Assembly: GCF_006345805.1 (NCBI RefSeq)
Contig: NC_043005.1
Coordinates: forward strand, 30,070,001 to 30,134,000
Direction: 5' to 3'
DNA: 64,000 nt
DNA from: Octopus sinensis
Lineage: Eukaryota
Shown: in pieces, positions 12,690 to 25,575 of the stretch
Layout of the letters: each line of letters opens with the position of its first letter
Position numbering within the stretch: the stretch's first letter is position 1
The notes under the pieces: generated by a model
Database searches by the model: none
Told to the model about the DNA's origin: nothing
Seen by the model: only the letters and a program-made list of their open reading frames with translations
Made by a program: the position numbers and the translations under genes

Positions 12690-13175
12690 TAAATCCTCGA
12701 GTATAATCTGCATTTTTTCCCCAAAATTTAAAGATCAAAATCTCTAGTGCATACTATATTCAAGGTTAAAAATGAAAAATATTTTCTAAGCAATGTCCAA
12801 GTCTCTATTTGCTGTCCGGCAATGTTTATTCAGGCACATTTTGTGATGTTGGGTGCGAAAATACCTTAAGCTAAGCCTGAAAGCAACGAATCATGCATAA
12901 CTTGCAGTAAGCAACATTTATTAAAATAAAAGTATTCAGAACACAGAAAAACATGTAACAAAAACAATTTCCAAACATATTTACATTCCCATATAACAGT
13001 TAAGAACATCACCATTATTGTATTATGCATGCATGGAAGTGTTTGTTCGACTAGGTGCTGGTGGCTTAATTACGCACGACTCCAGTTAAAAAGGTGTATA
13101 TTATACACAAGGTTTAGGTTTTTCAGAGGTACAGCCCCTAAAAATCCCCTGCGTATTATACTCAAGGATTTACAA
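12687..13175. mobile_element. pogo/Tc1-mariner-like MITE
   Basis: Terminal inverted repeats gtgtaaatcctcgagtataatctgca and tgcgtattatactcaaggatttacaa, flanked by TA. Confidence 0.55.
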
Positions 13176-13399
13176 TATTTATATATAAATATACTCACAT
13201 TATGTACTATATATATATATATATATATATTTACATTATTTACATTTGACAGATATTTGTCCTCATCTTGTTTGTTGCTAGCACAATGTTTCAGCTGATA
13301 TATCCTCTTGCCTTCATCAGTTGTGTTGGGAAAATTTTGAACCTGGGTTCTCATTCCTAAGGTATTTTCGATAAAAATCAAATAGAAATTGTAGTTGTC

Positions 13400-13716
13400 A
13401 TAACTGCCAGTGGCATGTAAAAAGCACCATCTGAACGTGACTGATGCCAGCGCCACCTTGACTGGTGTCTGTGCTGGTGGCACGTAAAAAGCACCAACTG
13501 ATCGTGACCATTACCAGCTTCCTCTGGTCCCTGTGCCGGTGGCACATAAAAATCACCCACTACGCTCATGGAGTGGTTGGCGTTAGGAAGGGCATCCTGC
13601 TGTAAAAACACTGCCAGGTCAGACTGGTGCCTGGTGCAGCCTCCTGGCTTCCCAGATCCCGGCCGAGCCGTCCAACCCATGCTAGCATGGAAAATGAACA
13701 TTAAATGATGATAATG
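13400..13716 (+). mobile_element. Short 3' fragment of the RTE LINE family (SINE-like copy)
   Basis: Same sequence as the 3' UTR of the 52.3-54.3 kb LINE, ending in a gatgat tail and containing about two of the 62-bp-type units. Confidence 0.75.
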
Positions 13717-13892
13717 ATTATTATTATTATTATTCAGGTCACTGCCTGGAATCAAACTTGGAATTTTGGGGTTAGTAGCCTGCACTCTTAACCACTACCC
13801 CATATGCTTAGTGGTTAAGAGTGACCTGAATAATAATAACAACATTGAAAAAATACCTTAGGAACGAGAACCAAGGTTTGAAATTTCCCCAA

Positions 13893-13938
13893 GACACCTG
13901 ATGAAGGTTGGATGGTATATCAACAGAAACGTTGTGTT
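13893..13938 (+). ncRNA. Degenerate minimal hammerhead-like motif
   Basis: gacac-CTGATGA-a-ggttg(gatggtatat)caaca-GAAAC-GTT-gtgtt. A related antisense copy lies at 13279-13328. Confidence 0.5.
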
Positions 13939-14059
13939 AGCAATAAACAAGATGAGGACATATAATGCATGAGTGCACATGAGTTTCTATCATAACATAA
14001 ACACAATCACCACCACCACTAGTGTATATATATATATATATATATAGTATAGTCTTATA

Positions 14060-14353
14060 CATATAAATACAGTGTACATTTAAACACATAAGAGGCATCC
14101 ATCATAGGACTCCTTGCATACTAGAAAGAACAGTTATAAAGAAAAGTATATGGCCAGACTATATCCGTGACATCACAAGTTTTTGTCAAGCAGAAACCAT
14201 GGTCCAGGAGTTAGATGGTAAATGTTTTTATTTTTCATTCCCTTCGAAGTTTTATTCCTAATAGTGGGTTGGAATTTAACAGTTCTTTCTAGCATGCAAG
14301 GAGTCCTGTGATGGATACCTCTTATGTGTTTAAATGTATACTGTATTTATATG
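14060..14353. repeat. Inverted repeat, ~77-bp arms (14060-14136 / 14277-14353)
   Basis: catataaatacagtgtacatttaaacacataagaggcatccatcataggactcc... pairs with ...ggagtcctgtgatggatacctcttatgtgtttaaatgtatactgtatttatatg. Confidence 0.85.
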
Positions 14354-14727
14354 AATAATATATAGTCTATTGACTAAACTTTTACACGCTAGGCCACTGG
14401 TAGTAGAAATTTCTAATATTTCTTATTACCCTTAGTATAGTCTTATATATAGATAAGCAAACCCATTCCAAATAAGAACATATCAGGGTGGGATCTTGGT
14501 GGACAAGAAAGTAGCACATTATTAAGACAACTCTCAACTCAAGAAATAACAAAATGTTTATCCTGGGAATGAATAACAATAATTAGGAAAATTGTGTTTG
14601 CTCAGCTGTATGAGAACATCTTCACAAAGCTGACATAAGAGTCATTAGACACTTGTACAAAAGGCAACACTCATATACATTAGAGAGAGGAGGGGAAGGA
14701 GAGAGAGAGAATGTGTGGTTATCTTAC

Positions 14728-14791
14728 CAAACCATTCATCAAGCCAGGCAACTGCTTGCCGATGACCAAGCAACAAAATATCACGAATCGC
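14728..14791 (-). CDS. PITPNC1: PITPNC1 exon 9 (64 nt)
   Basis: ttctattttcag / gtaagat. Reads AIRDILLLGHRQAVAWLDEWF(G), matching the PITP GHRQxxAWxDEW motif. Confidence 0.95.
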
Positions 14792-15898
14792 CTGAAAATA
14801 GAAACAATATAGAAATAGATTTATTAAATATCATACATTTATGTGTGTGTGTGTGTGTGTGTGTGTGTTATCATCATCGTCGTTTAACATCCGCTTTCCA
14901 TGCTGGCATGGGTTGGATGGTTTGACTGAAGACTGACGAGCCAGAAGGCTGCACCAGGCTCCAATTTGATCTGGCAAGGTCTCTACAGCTGGATACCCTT
15001 CCTAATTTCAACCACTCCAAGAGTGTAGTGGGTGCTTTTTACATGTCACCAGCACGAAGGCCAGTCAGATGCATATATATATTTTCCTCCTTACAACATC
15101 AGCGACTGACCATCACTTCGATAGGTATATACTGTGAGAAAGGTCGGCTGCTGTCTCTAGCCAGGCACTGTAGTACTGCTGTCCAATACCACAGAAAGGA
15201 AATTACCCAGAAACCATTGGCCTGCTGGTACTGCCAACACCTAGATCGGAGTAGTAGGCCCCCACCCATACTTACAATATGTCTTGGACGCAGACCATGT
15301 GTCAATAAACCAGCTCAAAAAGATGGTTTTCTGGGGTGAAAAAGTAAAAAAAACAGTTCTTTTCAGGACTGCCACGATATGTTGGCAAATAAACTTTACT
15401 CTCTCTCTCTCTCTATATATATATATATCCAAACACACACACAATATGTCAAGTAATATATTTATGACAATTTAACATTAAACTGATGGATTACTAAATA
15501 CATTTAGTAGAGCACATGTTTATAAAACTTTTTCAAAGAAAATGGTGATTGTAACTTCGAATTTTTATTTATTTATTTATATATATATATTTATTAAAAG
15601 TCAGGGTACAGTATGTACCTGTTTGCTTGGAAGAAGAGTTAAAACTCTCCAAAACCATGCATCTCTGACTATATGAAAACATGCACAGAGAGTGTAGCAA
15701 ATATATTTAGAAATAGTCTTCCCATTTGTAAAAATACAAAGAGGAGGGCAGATATCCCAGTAGCAATTGATCTTGCTTCATGTGCCGAATTGATACTTGA
15801 AGCTCATCAGCTAGGCTTCCTAAGTGAATATTTAAAAAAATATATTTATATCTCCGTGTGTGTGTGTGATGTGTTTATATACATACAGGCATATACAT

Positions 15899-15933
<35 letters not shown>

Positions 15934-17059
15934 CATAGTCCATGTTTTCTTCTCATTAATATGAAATAGTTCAGAATGAGAGCAGCTACAAAGCCTGCTG
16001 ATAATCACACAGCTTCCTTCAAGAGGTAATTTTTATAGCAATCTTTTAAGTCACATTGATAGATTTAATCTCATACAGGACTGCAATTAATTCTCAGAGA
16101 TAACAGTAAAAGATTAAAGAAATTCAGCTATAATCTGCTTAAATCTATTGATACTATCAAGCTGTAAGTTATATAATTAGTATATCTAATTACTAAATCG
16201 AATTAGATAAGATGTATGGACTTGCATGAGATATGAAACATTTAAAATAAGGTTTGTTGGACTAAATCGTGTTTGTCATTGTCGTCAGGGAACAATAACA
16301 GAAACATAAAGGATGAATGTAACCAGTGTGTGGAGATGAAAGGACTGAACTACAAGTCCTCGTCATTTGACGTCCACCTTCCACCATGCTGGCATGGGTC
16401 AGAGGATTTGACGGGAGGTGACAAGTCAGAAGAGTGTGCTGAGCTGCAATCGTGTTTTGGCAGGGTTTCTATGGCCAAATGTCCTTCCTAATGCCAACTA
16501 TTTTACAGAGTGTACTAAGTGCTTTTATGTGGCACCAGAACCAGCAAGGTCACCAAGTAACTTGCAAGACATGAACCTTCCACTGAGAGGGGTTTTGGTA
16601 TTGAAGGAGATGTGATGAAAAATTAAAGCATGATAGACAGACAGAAACAGGTGTCTTGCAGCAGAGGATATACATGGCTACCCCAGTTGGAATGAGAGAA
16701 AGAAAGTACACTAAATTATTTATTTAAAGGGCACAAATTCAAACTATAGTTCTGTAGTGGAAGGAATAATACTATTTGCTTTTTATTGTTGCTACAGAGA
16801 ATTAATATAAACTGTATTGTTAGTTTTAATGTCAGTATATCATTGTTTTACAATCTACTTTTCTATCCGAGCATGGGTCAGACAGACTCTGCTGAGACAG
16901 GTTTTTTTTCTATGGCTTGATACCCTTCCTGTTTCTAAGCAAGATAATATTTTCATGAAAGTCTAGAAACAAAAAACATTGCTTGTATGCTGGTGGTACT
17001 CATTCCAACTAGTGTACACTGTCGAGACAAGGCACTAAGCAGACATACACACACATATA

Positions 17060-18498
17060 TATTTTGGTTTGATCAAAAAGTGTCCAGTCTTTTAAATGAA
17101 AACAACACAAGTTTTAAACACAATCAGTGACATAATTCCAATTTCTTTCCAGTATCTTCTGCCATCTTGTTGGCAGATTTAGTGTTCCTGCTCAAAGAAT
17201 TTCCTATCTTTACTGACCAAAAACAATTCTAAGTGAATTTTTCCATCCTTCTCAGAGTAAAAGGCATGTCCATTCAATTAATTTAGAAGAGACCAAAACA
17301 GATGGAAATCTGAAGACAGAAGGCCACAAAAATATGGAGTGTATGGTAAAGCTTTCCCAGTCAAGTCTCAGTAACTTCTATCACATCTATAAAGAAATGT
17401 GCAATCTGGCATTGCTGCAGTGCCCTACAATAAGCAAACGCTGGACACTTCTGGTAGATTGCTGCATTTAATTTGTCCAGTTGGTCACAGTACACAAAGG
17501 GGTTCTGAAAAGCTTTGGGTAAAAGAAAATACGAGAAGATCATTGAATTATGATTTTATTTAACATATTCCCTTCTCAGATTCACATAATTATTGCAATG
17601 GTCCTTCAAATTTTCTAAGCTCTGTAAAAGAACTTGGAAAGTTGGGCCTCCAACCAAACCTTTTGCAATATCCTTAAAGCCAGAAACTTTTCAGCACCCC
17701 TTCGTATATCCAAATCAAAGGTTCTGTCCTTGGGATGAAGCTTGACAAAAAAAATAACCTAATCCTACCAAATTAAAAGTGTAAGCTTCTTTGTGGTTCA
17801 CCATGCTTACTTCATAATTGTTTGTGCCTCATATTGTTATAGACAATCCATCTTTTGTCCTTTGTCACTATTCTCTTCTGAAAGAAAGATCACTTTCTTC
17901 ACATTTCTGCAATGAATCACAGATGGAAATCTGTTGCACAAGGTTAGCTTTATCCAATTGATGTGGGACCCAAAGATCAAGCCTGCTGACATAATGAAGT
18001 TGGCACCAATTCCAGCACACAGTTTAGATATTTGGAGAATATCTGCAACCATCCTGATCATATAACGGTAGTTGGTATTGACTAATTCCTTCATGTTGTC
18101 ACTGTTAATCTCAATCAGTCAGCCAAAGCAAGATGCATCATCAGCTGAAAATATTTTTTGATCAAAATATTGAAAACCACATCTGGCACAAATCTTCCCA
18201 AACAGCATCCTCTCCATACACAGCGTACATTTTCCTACAAGTTTTTTCCATTTCCTTGCCTTTTTTTTTTTTAAATAAAAAGAAATACAAGGTGTAGATA
18301 ATGTTCATTTTGGTTCTCCACTTTCAAGCACACAAAATAGAACCTGCCTTATTACAAATTCGTGTTGAACTACATTAGGGAGCGTGAAGTCTCTAACAAG
18401 TATACATGCATAAGGGACAGGCTGCAGTAAGCCACTAAATACAGTGCTTGAAGTTTAGTGTCAACAAAAACCAAACAGATCCTTGTGCCAATCCAACA
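17060..18498 (-). mobile_element. Decayed mariner (Mos1-like) transposon
   Basis: Minus-strand fragments resemble the N-terminus (...ENQNEH...KMYAVYGEDAV...CQMWF) and the C-terminus (LPYTPYFCGLLSSDFHLFWSL...). There are many stops and frameshifts, and the TIRs are degenerate. Confidence 0.75.
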
Positions 18499-19197
18499 CA
18501 CACACACACATACACAAAACAGGCTTTTTTGACTGTGTGTCCACTAAATCCACTTAAACAGCTTTGGTTAGCCTGGAGGTATAGTGCAAGACATTTGCCC
18601 AAGATGTGGAACTGAACCTGAAACCATGTTGTTGGGAAGAAAACTTGCTAAACCACATAGCCATACTAATATCTAAAAAATAAATAATTTTCTTTATTTT
18701 GAATTGTATCAACATCAGTTTGTTAAAACAATCCTCACATACCAACATCTGATATTCACATACCAACATGTGAAGCCTAAAATGAGTTTGGCCAAATTAT
18801 TCTAAATTCTTATTCTGATTAGTATCAATTGCATTTAATTACAACTTGAGTATTTTGGTGCTAACAAATATCTTGCTACTAATTAGTAACAATTAATACC
18901 TTATACTATGTTACTGCAGTCAATTCCAGTTAATTGCATACTGGATAATTACATAACTTTTCAAAACACAGAAGTGGAAATTGATCAATTAATTGTAGAT
19001 GCAAACGATGTCAATTTCTGTTAATTATATATGTTTTTTTAAGATTTTTCATAAAAAAATTATATGAACATTTCATTTAATATAAATAAAATGATTCAGG
19101 AAGCTTGTTTTGTTTTTATTTTGAGATATTGAAAAACTTCATTAGTAAATCCTGTCCACAAACAACTGATATTAAAAGAGTAAAACATATTCAGGTT

Positions 19198-19637
19198 GTA
19201 GTAAAAAGATTGTTTGCCAACATAACATGGCAGTCCTGGTTTAGGATGAGTGTTGCTGTAATTCAGCTGGCTATACATGATCTGTGTCCTTATATTTTTG
19301 AAAACTTATTTTTTTGAAAACTATATATTCCGAATAGGAATTTGGCAGTGCCACATCTAGCTGAACAATTATTCTGTGCTGATGAAGGGAAATCACCTGG
19401 AAATCGCAATACACAGGTATTGTTTTGAGCTGAGTGGGGGTGCTAGAGTCCCTTGTTCAAAAATATAAGGACACAGATCATGTCGTATAGCCAACTGGAG
19501 ATGATGTCTCCTGGGGCTAAATTACAGCAATATTCGTCCTAAATGAGGACTGCCATGTTATGTTGGCAAACAATCTTTACTCCAAAGTACTGTTGTTGAA
19601 TATCTCTCGTGAGATTTAAAAATAGTAATTTTCTAAT
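19198..19637. mobile_element. Palindromic element, copy 2 (same family as 9564-9968)
   Basis: Same arms and core, with the one-sided extension at the opposite end. Exact 11-bp flanking direct repeat atattcaggtt (19187-19197 and 19638-19648). Confidence 0.88.
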
Positions 19638-20321
19638 ATATTCAGGTTATTCTTACCATTTCAATGAATTCAAAACTACCAAAGATCAGATTCCAGTATC
19701 TTATTTTTCAAGTGAAGAATAAAATTCTTTCTCATCAAATTACAGGAGAAGTAGCTTGCTTCCTAACTAAGTGGTTCTGGGTTCAGTCCCATTGTGTGGC
19801 AACTTGGGCAAGTGTTTTCTACTATAGTTCCAGCCCAACCAAAGCCTTGCAAGTGGATTTGATAGACATGTATATTTGTGTGTAAATTGCATTTTTAACA
19901 CAGTATATTCATTCATAAGAGATATTATCTTAGGAGAAATACTACAGGAAATGGTATGTCATAGGTGGCTATTTTAATTAAATACTGCCTCAATTGCATA
20001 TACTACATTTCTATTCAACCAGTTACTGTTTTGTTCTTTGTTTCCTATATTGGAGGTAATAAATTCTTATCCAAGCATATGGCTGGCTGGTTGGTGGTAA
20101 ACACTGAAAAGGCCCCAAAAGGCTGAAATGCATCTGACATTCCCAGTGGGCTGATTTTTCATCTCCTGATATTTATAGCATTTTGAACACAGCGTGTCAA
20201 TAAGAGATGTTATATCAGGATGTTTACTAATCAACAGTGTATGCATGTGTGTGTATACGTATGTATGTATATATATATATGTGTGTGTGTATACACATTA
20301 AGTATAGCACACAGATGATTT

Positions 20322-20353
<32 letters not shown>

Positions 20354-20699
20354 TTTATATATGTGCAACATAGCCACAATTTCTTATTCCCAATAATACA
20401 TTGAAATCTTGTAATTTATTGCCCACAAGATTAATTTTGTTTATTGCCTAATTATTTCTTTCACCGAGGCTCTGTAAGCAAGCAAAATTAACCATAAAAC
20501 CCATACAAATAACATACTACAAACCAACACTTTAACCTTCATTATATATATCATCATCATCGTTTAACATCCACTTTCCATGCTAGCATGGGTTGGACGA
20601 TTTGACTGAGGTCTGGCGAACCAGACTCCAATCTGATCTGGCAGAGTTTATATATATATATATATATATATATTTATAATGTGTCTGTGTGTGTATGTA

Positions 20700-21398
20700 C
20701 GAGGTGGTATGAAAAGGTTCCTGGACTGGTTATGTCTAATAAAAAATAACTTATTTACTTAAGTTTTAACATCATTTCCTCCTGCCACTTTTGGAATCTG
20801 GCCTGGAAGTTGTTTTCTGTAAGTGGGTCGAGGACCTTCCGCAATTCACTCTTGATTTTGACAATGGTGTTAAAAGGGCAACCTTTGAGCTGCATTTTCA
20901 TCTGGGGAAAGAGATGGAAATCTGCAGGAGCTAAGTCTGGCAAATAGGGTGGGTGTGGCAGTGATACCGTGTTTTTGGTGAGAAACTTGCTAATGAAGAG
21001 GGATAGCACTTATGGCAGATCTTCCAGATCGCTCATTATCTTCCAAGGATGTTCTTCCTCTTTTCAAGCACCCATGCTACTTGAAATATTACCCACAACC
21101 CATTGCCTGGTCACCACAAGTTTACCAAAGCATGGTCAATATCTCCGTAGCAGACTTCCCGAGTTTAATAAAAAATTTCCCATTGATTCTTTGTTCCTGT
21201 CCATGACAAAATCACAGACTGCAGCATACACATGATCACAAAAACACAAATTTCACCAGTTGCTAAGAAAACACAGCAATGCCACTCGACACACTGCCTC
21301 ATAAAGGTCACTGGTAGCTCTCACTATGCTTGCAGCCATGTGCGGCCATCTGTTGGCATGCTACACAACTAGTCCAGGAACTTTTTGATGCCACCACA
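20700..21398 (-). mobile_element. Internally deleted mariner element
   Basis: About 28-bp TIRs (cgaggtggtatgaaaaggttcctggact / agtccaggaactttttgatgccaccaca) with TA on both sides. Encodes the fragment LPHPPYLPDLAPADFHLFPQMK...F..RFQKWQE. Confidence 0.88.
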
Positions 21399-23525
21399 TA
21401 TTCACCTTCTCAGTTGAAAACTTCTCTAATCAGAGCCAAATTCTTAACCACTCCTCATGACATTCTTAGATATGCACCAGTGACAATGAGGAAGGACAAC
21501 AACACTGCTAGATGAATAGCAAATACAAAATAGTTTCATAAAAAGTCTGAATTTGAAGAACTATCCAACCTATGCAGTTTCAATGATTATAATGTAAATC
21601 ATCAGCTTTGCTTTAGTCATCATTTCACTAAAACAAAAAGTTATAGTTAATAAATCCTTGAACAGTTGATAAGGTTGGTCTTCATCTCTGGCCAGTCCAG
21701 TTTTAGGCAGATGAGAGATACACATGACTTTATACAAAACCATTATCATCATCATCATTTAACATCCATGATGATGATTCCATATAAAGTCATGTGTATC
21801 TCCCATCTTCCTAAGACTGGACTGGCCAGAGATAATGACCAACCATATCAACTTCCTACTCTATTACAGGCATTTGTAACCAGACTGAATGTTCTGTCAT
21901 TTCAGAATCAGATTATCTAGGCCATGTAGAATTACATGTCTTATTTCAGTTTGATATAAATTAAAACAGGTAAAAGTAAGTGTCCTGTCTAGAAATATGA
22001 AAAGCATCAACAGAGTAGTTTAATATACAGAAAATAGGTTTCAACAGACAACCAACGAGAGGTTTCCATGTTTTTTTCTTTGGTATTTCCACAGAAAACA
22101 AGAATAGTTATTTTTAAAATGCTTTCTAAATTCCACTGGTCTCAACCAGACTATACAGCAAAAGGAACAGCGATCGAATTTGTAAAGAACTTTCCAGCTG
22201 CATTCTGTCTTCCATCCCACATATTGGCAATCTACCCAGCTACCCTGTCTTTTAGTTATTGAAGCAGTGTTCAGGAGGATGTGAAGTACGGCAAACTTAT
22301 TGACGTTTTAATTACAATGATGATGCAGACATAGTTGAACTACACACACACACATATATGCAAAAACAGTATATATATATATATATACACACACACACAT
22401 ACATACATATGCACACAAATACATGCATGCATGTACAGAGAGAGAGAGAGAGAAGATCAGATGATCAGGTAGAAAGAAAATGAAACTACACACAACAAAA
22501 CACACACAGTGTGCCATTTGAAAACATCAGACTTGTTTACATTATATGTTTGGCAGAGAAGCAAGCAGTATTGACTGATCAACAGTGTACACACACACAC
22601 ACACACACATATGACAGTAGCTAAAGAGAAACCCAAGTTGCAGCTAAACATAATGTACTTGGAAGGTTCTAAATGTCATCATTGATCTTTCCTGTTCAAT
22701 ATGTTATAATACCAACTGAGAATAGATCAAACCAGATTTGAATATTATCATTATTATTATTACAATCAATTTGTTAATCTCATAAGAGATAAAAACTAAT
22801 CACCAAGGATAATTACTGCAAAAGTTTCCTTATAACTTAATCCATCTTTAAACCTTATATAACAGGGACAGAAAGTTTCTATGGGTCACTCAACCTGCTA
22901 AAAATAATAACCAAATCTTTAGGCATCTCTCACATCATACCTTTTATAATTGTAACTTGAATGAGATTCAATACAAAAGTTTAGCTGAGTTAGATTGTTC
23001 TTTCCAACACTCTATAGTTGTGAGTCATGGGCAACACATGATCACTAAATATGTCAACATGAAATTTTATCCAACAAAGCTGTAATTTATCTTAATTATA
23101 TGCAGATGTGCGATGTGTCTATACACTCACACAACATGCACCATAGTTATAGCACACATACACACAACATATATTTGATATCTATAGTGAGTTTGTATAG
23201 CTTGCGTTGGGGCAGGGTTTACAACAGCTAGACACCCCTCCTGACACTAAACCCCACCAGTCTATCAAACCACAAACAGTCTGGATATGCTTTCATTGTG
23301 GACTGCAAGCAAATGACAGTGTGCAGTTGTTTGTCTATGCAGCTTTGGTCAAACCATCCAACAGTCAAATGGTATCCCTATAACAGACTGTCATCCGATT
23401 CAGGGGGAATGTTGTCCTGTCCCTCCAAGCCAGTGGGGTGGCATCATGTGAAAGTTACAAACATGTAAGGAAGTGCATTGTGACCAGTGACATATAGCAA
23501 CATCTGACAGTCTGATCGATGCAGT

Positions 23526-23564
<39 letters not shown>

Positions 23565-23631
23565 CAGAGTAATCACATAAATGTGAAACAAGGTGGATAA
23601 AAATAGTACTTGAATACCAGAGGTATAGTAA

Positions 23632-23833
23632 TATACCTTTATTAAAAAGCAGCAAAAATATCACAAAAACAGATACTCAGAGTTTCACGTTCCTGATTGT
23701 TGGATAGTTTTGTTTAGAATGGAACAAAACCTTATTTTTGTTCCATTCTAAACAAAACTGTTCTACAAATGGGAGCATGAAACTCTGAGTAACAGTTTTT
23801 GTGATATTTTTGCTGCTTTTTAATAAAGTATAT
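23632..23833. repeat. Hairpin with ~100-bp arms and 6-nt loop (Penelope-like repeat family)
   Basis: tttattaaaaagcagcaaaaatatcacaaaaac...agaatggaacaaaa-ccttat-ttttgttccattct...gtttttgtgatatttttgctgctttttaataaa. Same family as 51596-52207. Confidence 0.88.
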
Positions 23834-23929
23834 ATATATAGGTTTCAGACTAAATTTGATAATCTGCTTGCATCCACACACTGGGATTTATCCCCACAAC
23901 TACGTATATATACACACACACAGTCTCAA

Positions 23930-24300
23930 TTCAGATGGCTATGTGAAGCTGCTGGAGACTGTGGTTAATCCCTGACTGGTGAGGGTTGCAGCTGGATGTC
24001 CATGTGTGACAGCAGGATTTGGTTCTTTCCCATACCCCCAGAAAGAATCAGAAGTGGTTGTCAGAGAATTTCTACAACTTCTCCAGCTCCCATTTCTGGC
24101 CTCCCAATTCCCCCAGCTGTAACCCCATGGATTACTATGTGTGGGGTGCCATTGAGAAAGACATCAACTGCTCTGCCTACAACACTGAGGCTGAGCTGGT
24201 GGCCAAGGTCAAGGACACAGTGAAACACAGGTTTCAAGCTGTCTTAAGGCCATGATGGAGGCTGAGCACAACTACTTCAAGTTATATCCCAGCCATAATC
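23930..24300 (+). mobile_element. Tc1/mariner-superfamily transposase fragment
   Basis: KWLSENFYNFSSSHFWPPNSPSCNPMDYYVWGAIEK matches the WPPxSPDLNPxDYxVW motif. A similar fragment lies at about 43790-43950. Confidence 0.78.
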
Positions 24301-25479
24301 AAGTTAATAGGTTTTGATTTTTTTTAAATATTTATGCTTTTGGATGAGATATTGTGTTTTCTCTTTCCTTTTATGCAAACTGTTGAAATTAGCCTGAACA
24401 CACTGTGTGTGTGTGGTGGGGGGATGTGCATATGTAACAACAAGACACTGAAAACAACTACAGGCATCACTCACGGATTTGGTAACAATTCTGCTTCTGC
24501 TAATTGTTTCAAGTGCCAATGTAGTCATGAGCAGACATAGACCACCCAACCAGCCATCCTAACATTGACCCAGTGGAACAACCAAGAGGAAAGGAAAGGA
24601 AAGGGCTACAGCAGCACCATGCTGGGACTCATTCTCAGCCAAGTAAGCCAAAGACACATGAAATGAAACACCTTGCTCAAGGATACAACTACCCATCCAG
24701 GAATTGAACAAGCTCAAGAGGGCAACAGCTTAACCACTCGACCATCTGACTTACAAGTTGGTGTAGTGTGTGCATGCGTGTGTGTGTCAAGTCGACTGGG
24801 AAAACTATTCTTTGAAGGTTGTAAAGCTCTGCCTTAGCTGGTCATTCTTCACAGTGAACACTCCATCATTGGTCATTTGTAACAGTGAATATGTCAACAT
24901 CAGTCACATTAACAATGAACAATCCATCAACAATCATTTCTAACATTGAACAGTCAAATAATGGTCATTCTTAACAATGTACAATATTTTTCATTATACA
25001 ATAAATGCTCCAGTATATCATTTTTGACTGAATTCAAAGTGTGTACAAATGTAATATTTCATTTCCAAATTTGGCTTGCAAGCTTTATGATGTGAATTCA
25101 TGAGTTGAAACAGATTTTGTTGTCTCAGGAGGGTCATTATACCAATAATAAACACACACACACACACACAGGTTTTATTTCACATCTTTTATTATTATTT
25201 GTCAATTGGTTAATTATTTAGCCAATGAACTAACTGATTGTTTGATATATTCATTTGGTTAAACAATCAAACAGGTTTGTGAAAGTCATTTTAATGACAA
25301 CCAAATGACAAACAAAACAGAAGTAAAATTGAATCAATGCATGAGTTTACTGGCATAACGATACCAGAAAAGATACATAAAAGATACAAATGCTCCAAAA
25401 GAAGCACACGTCTAAAAAAAAAGTAAGAAAAGAAAGAGTTTGGAAAACAAACTTCCACCAATAGGATAGCAATACTGAC

Positions 25480-25575
25480 CTTTTGTCCAAATTGTTCAAC
25501 TCTGGTTTGCAGACCCCAAACTTCAAATTTCACTTTCACAACTTTGTAAGAACACATTATTGGATCAGAGCTTTT
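25480..25575 (-). CDS. PITPNC1: PITPNC1 exon 8 (96 nt)
   Basis: gtttcaatttag / gtcagt. Reads [32 protein letters not shown] (human [29 protein letters not shown]). Confidence 0.96.
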
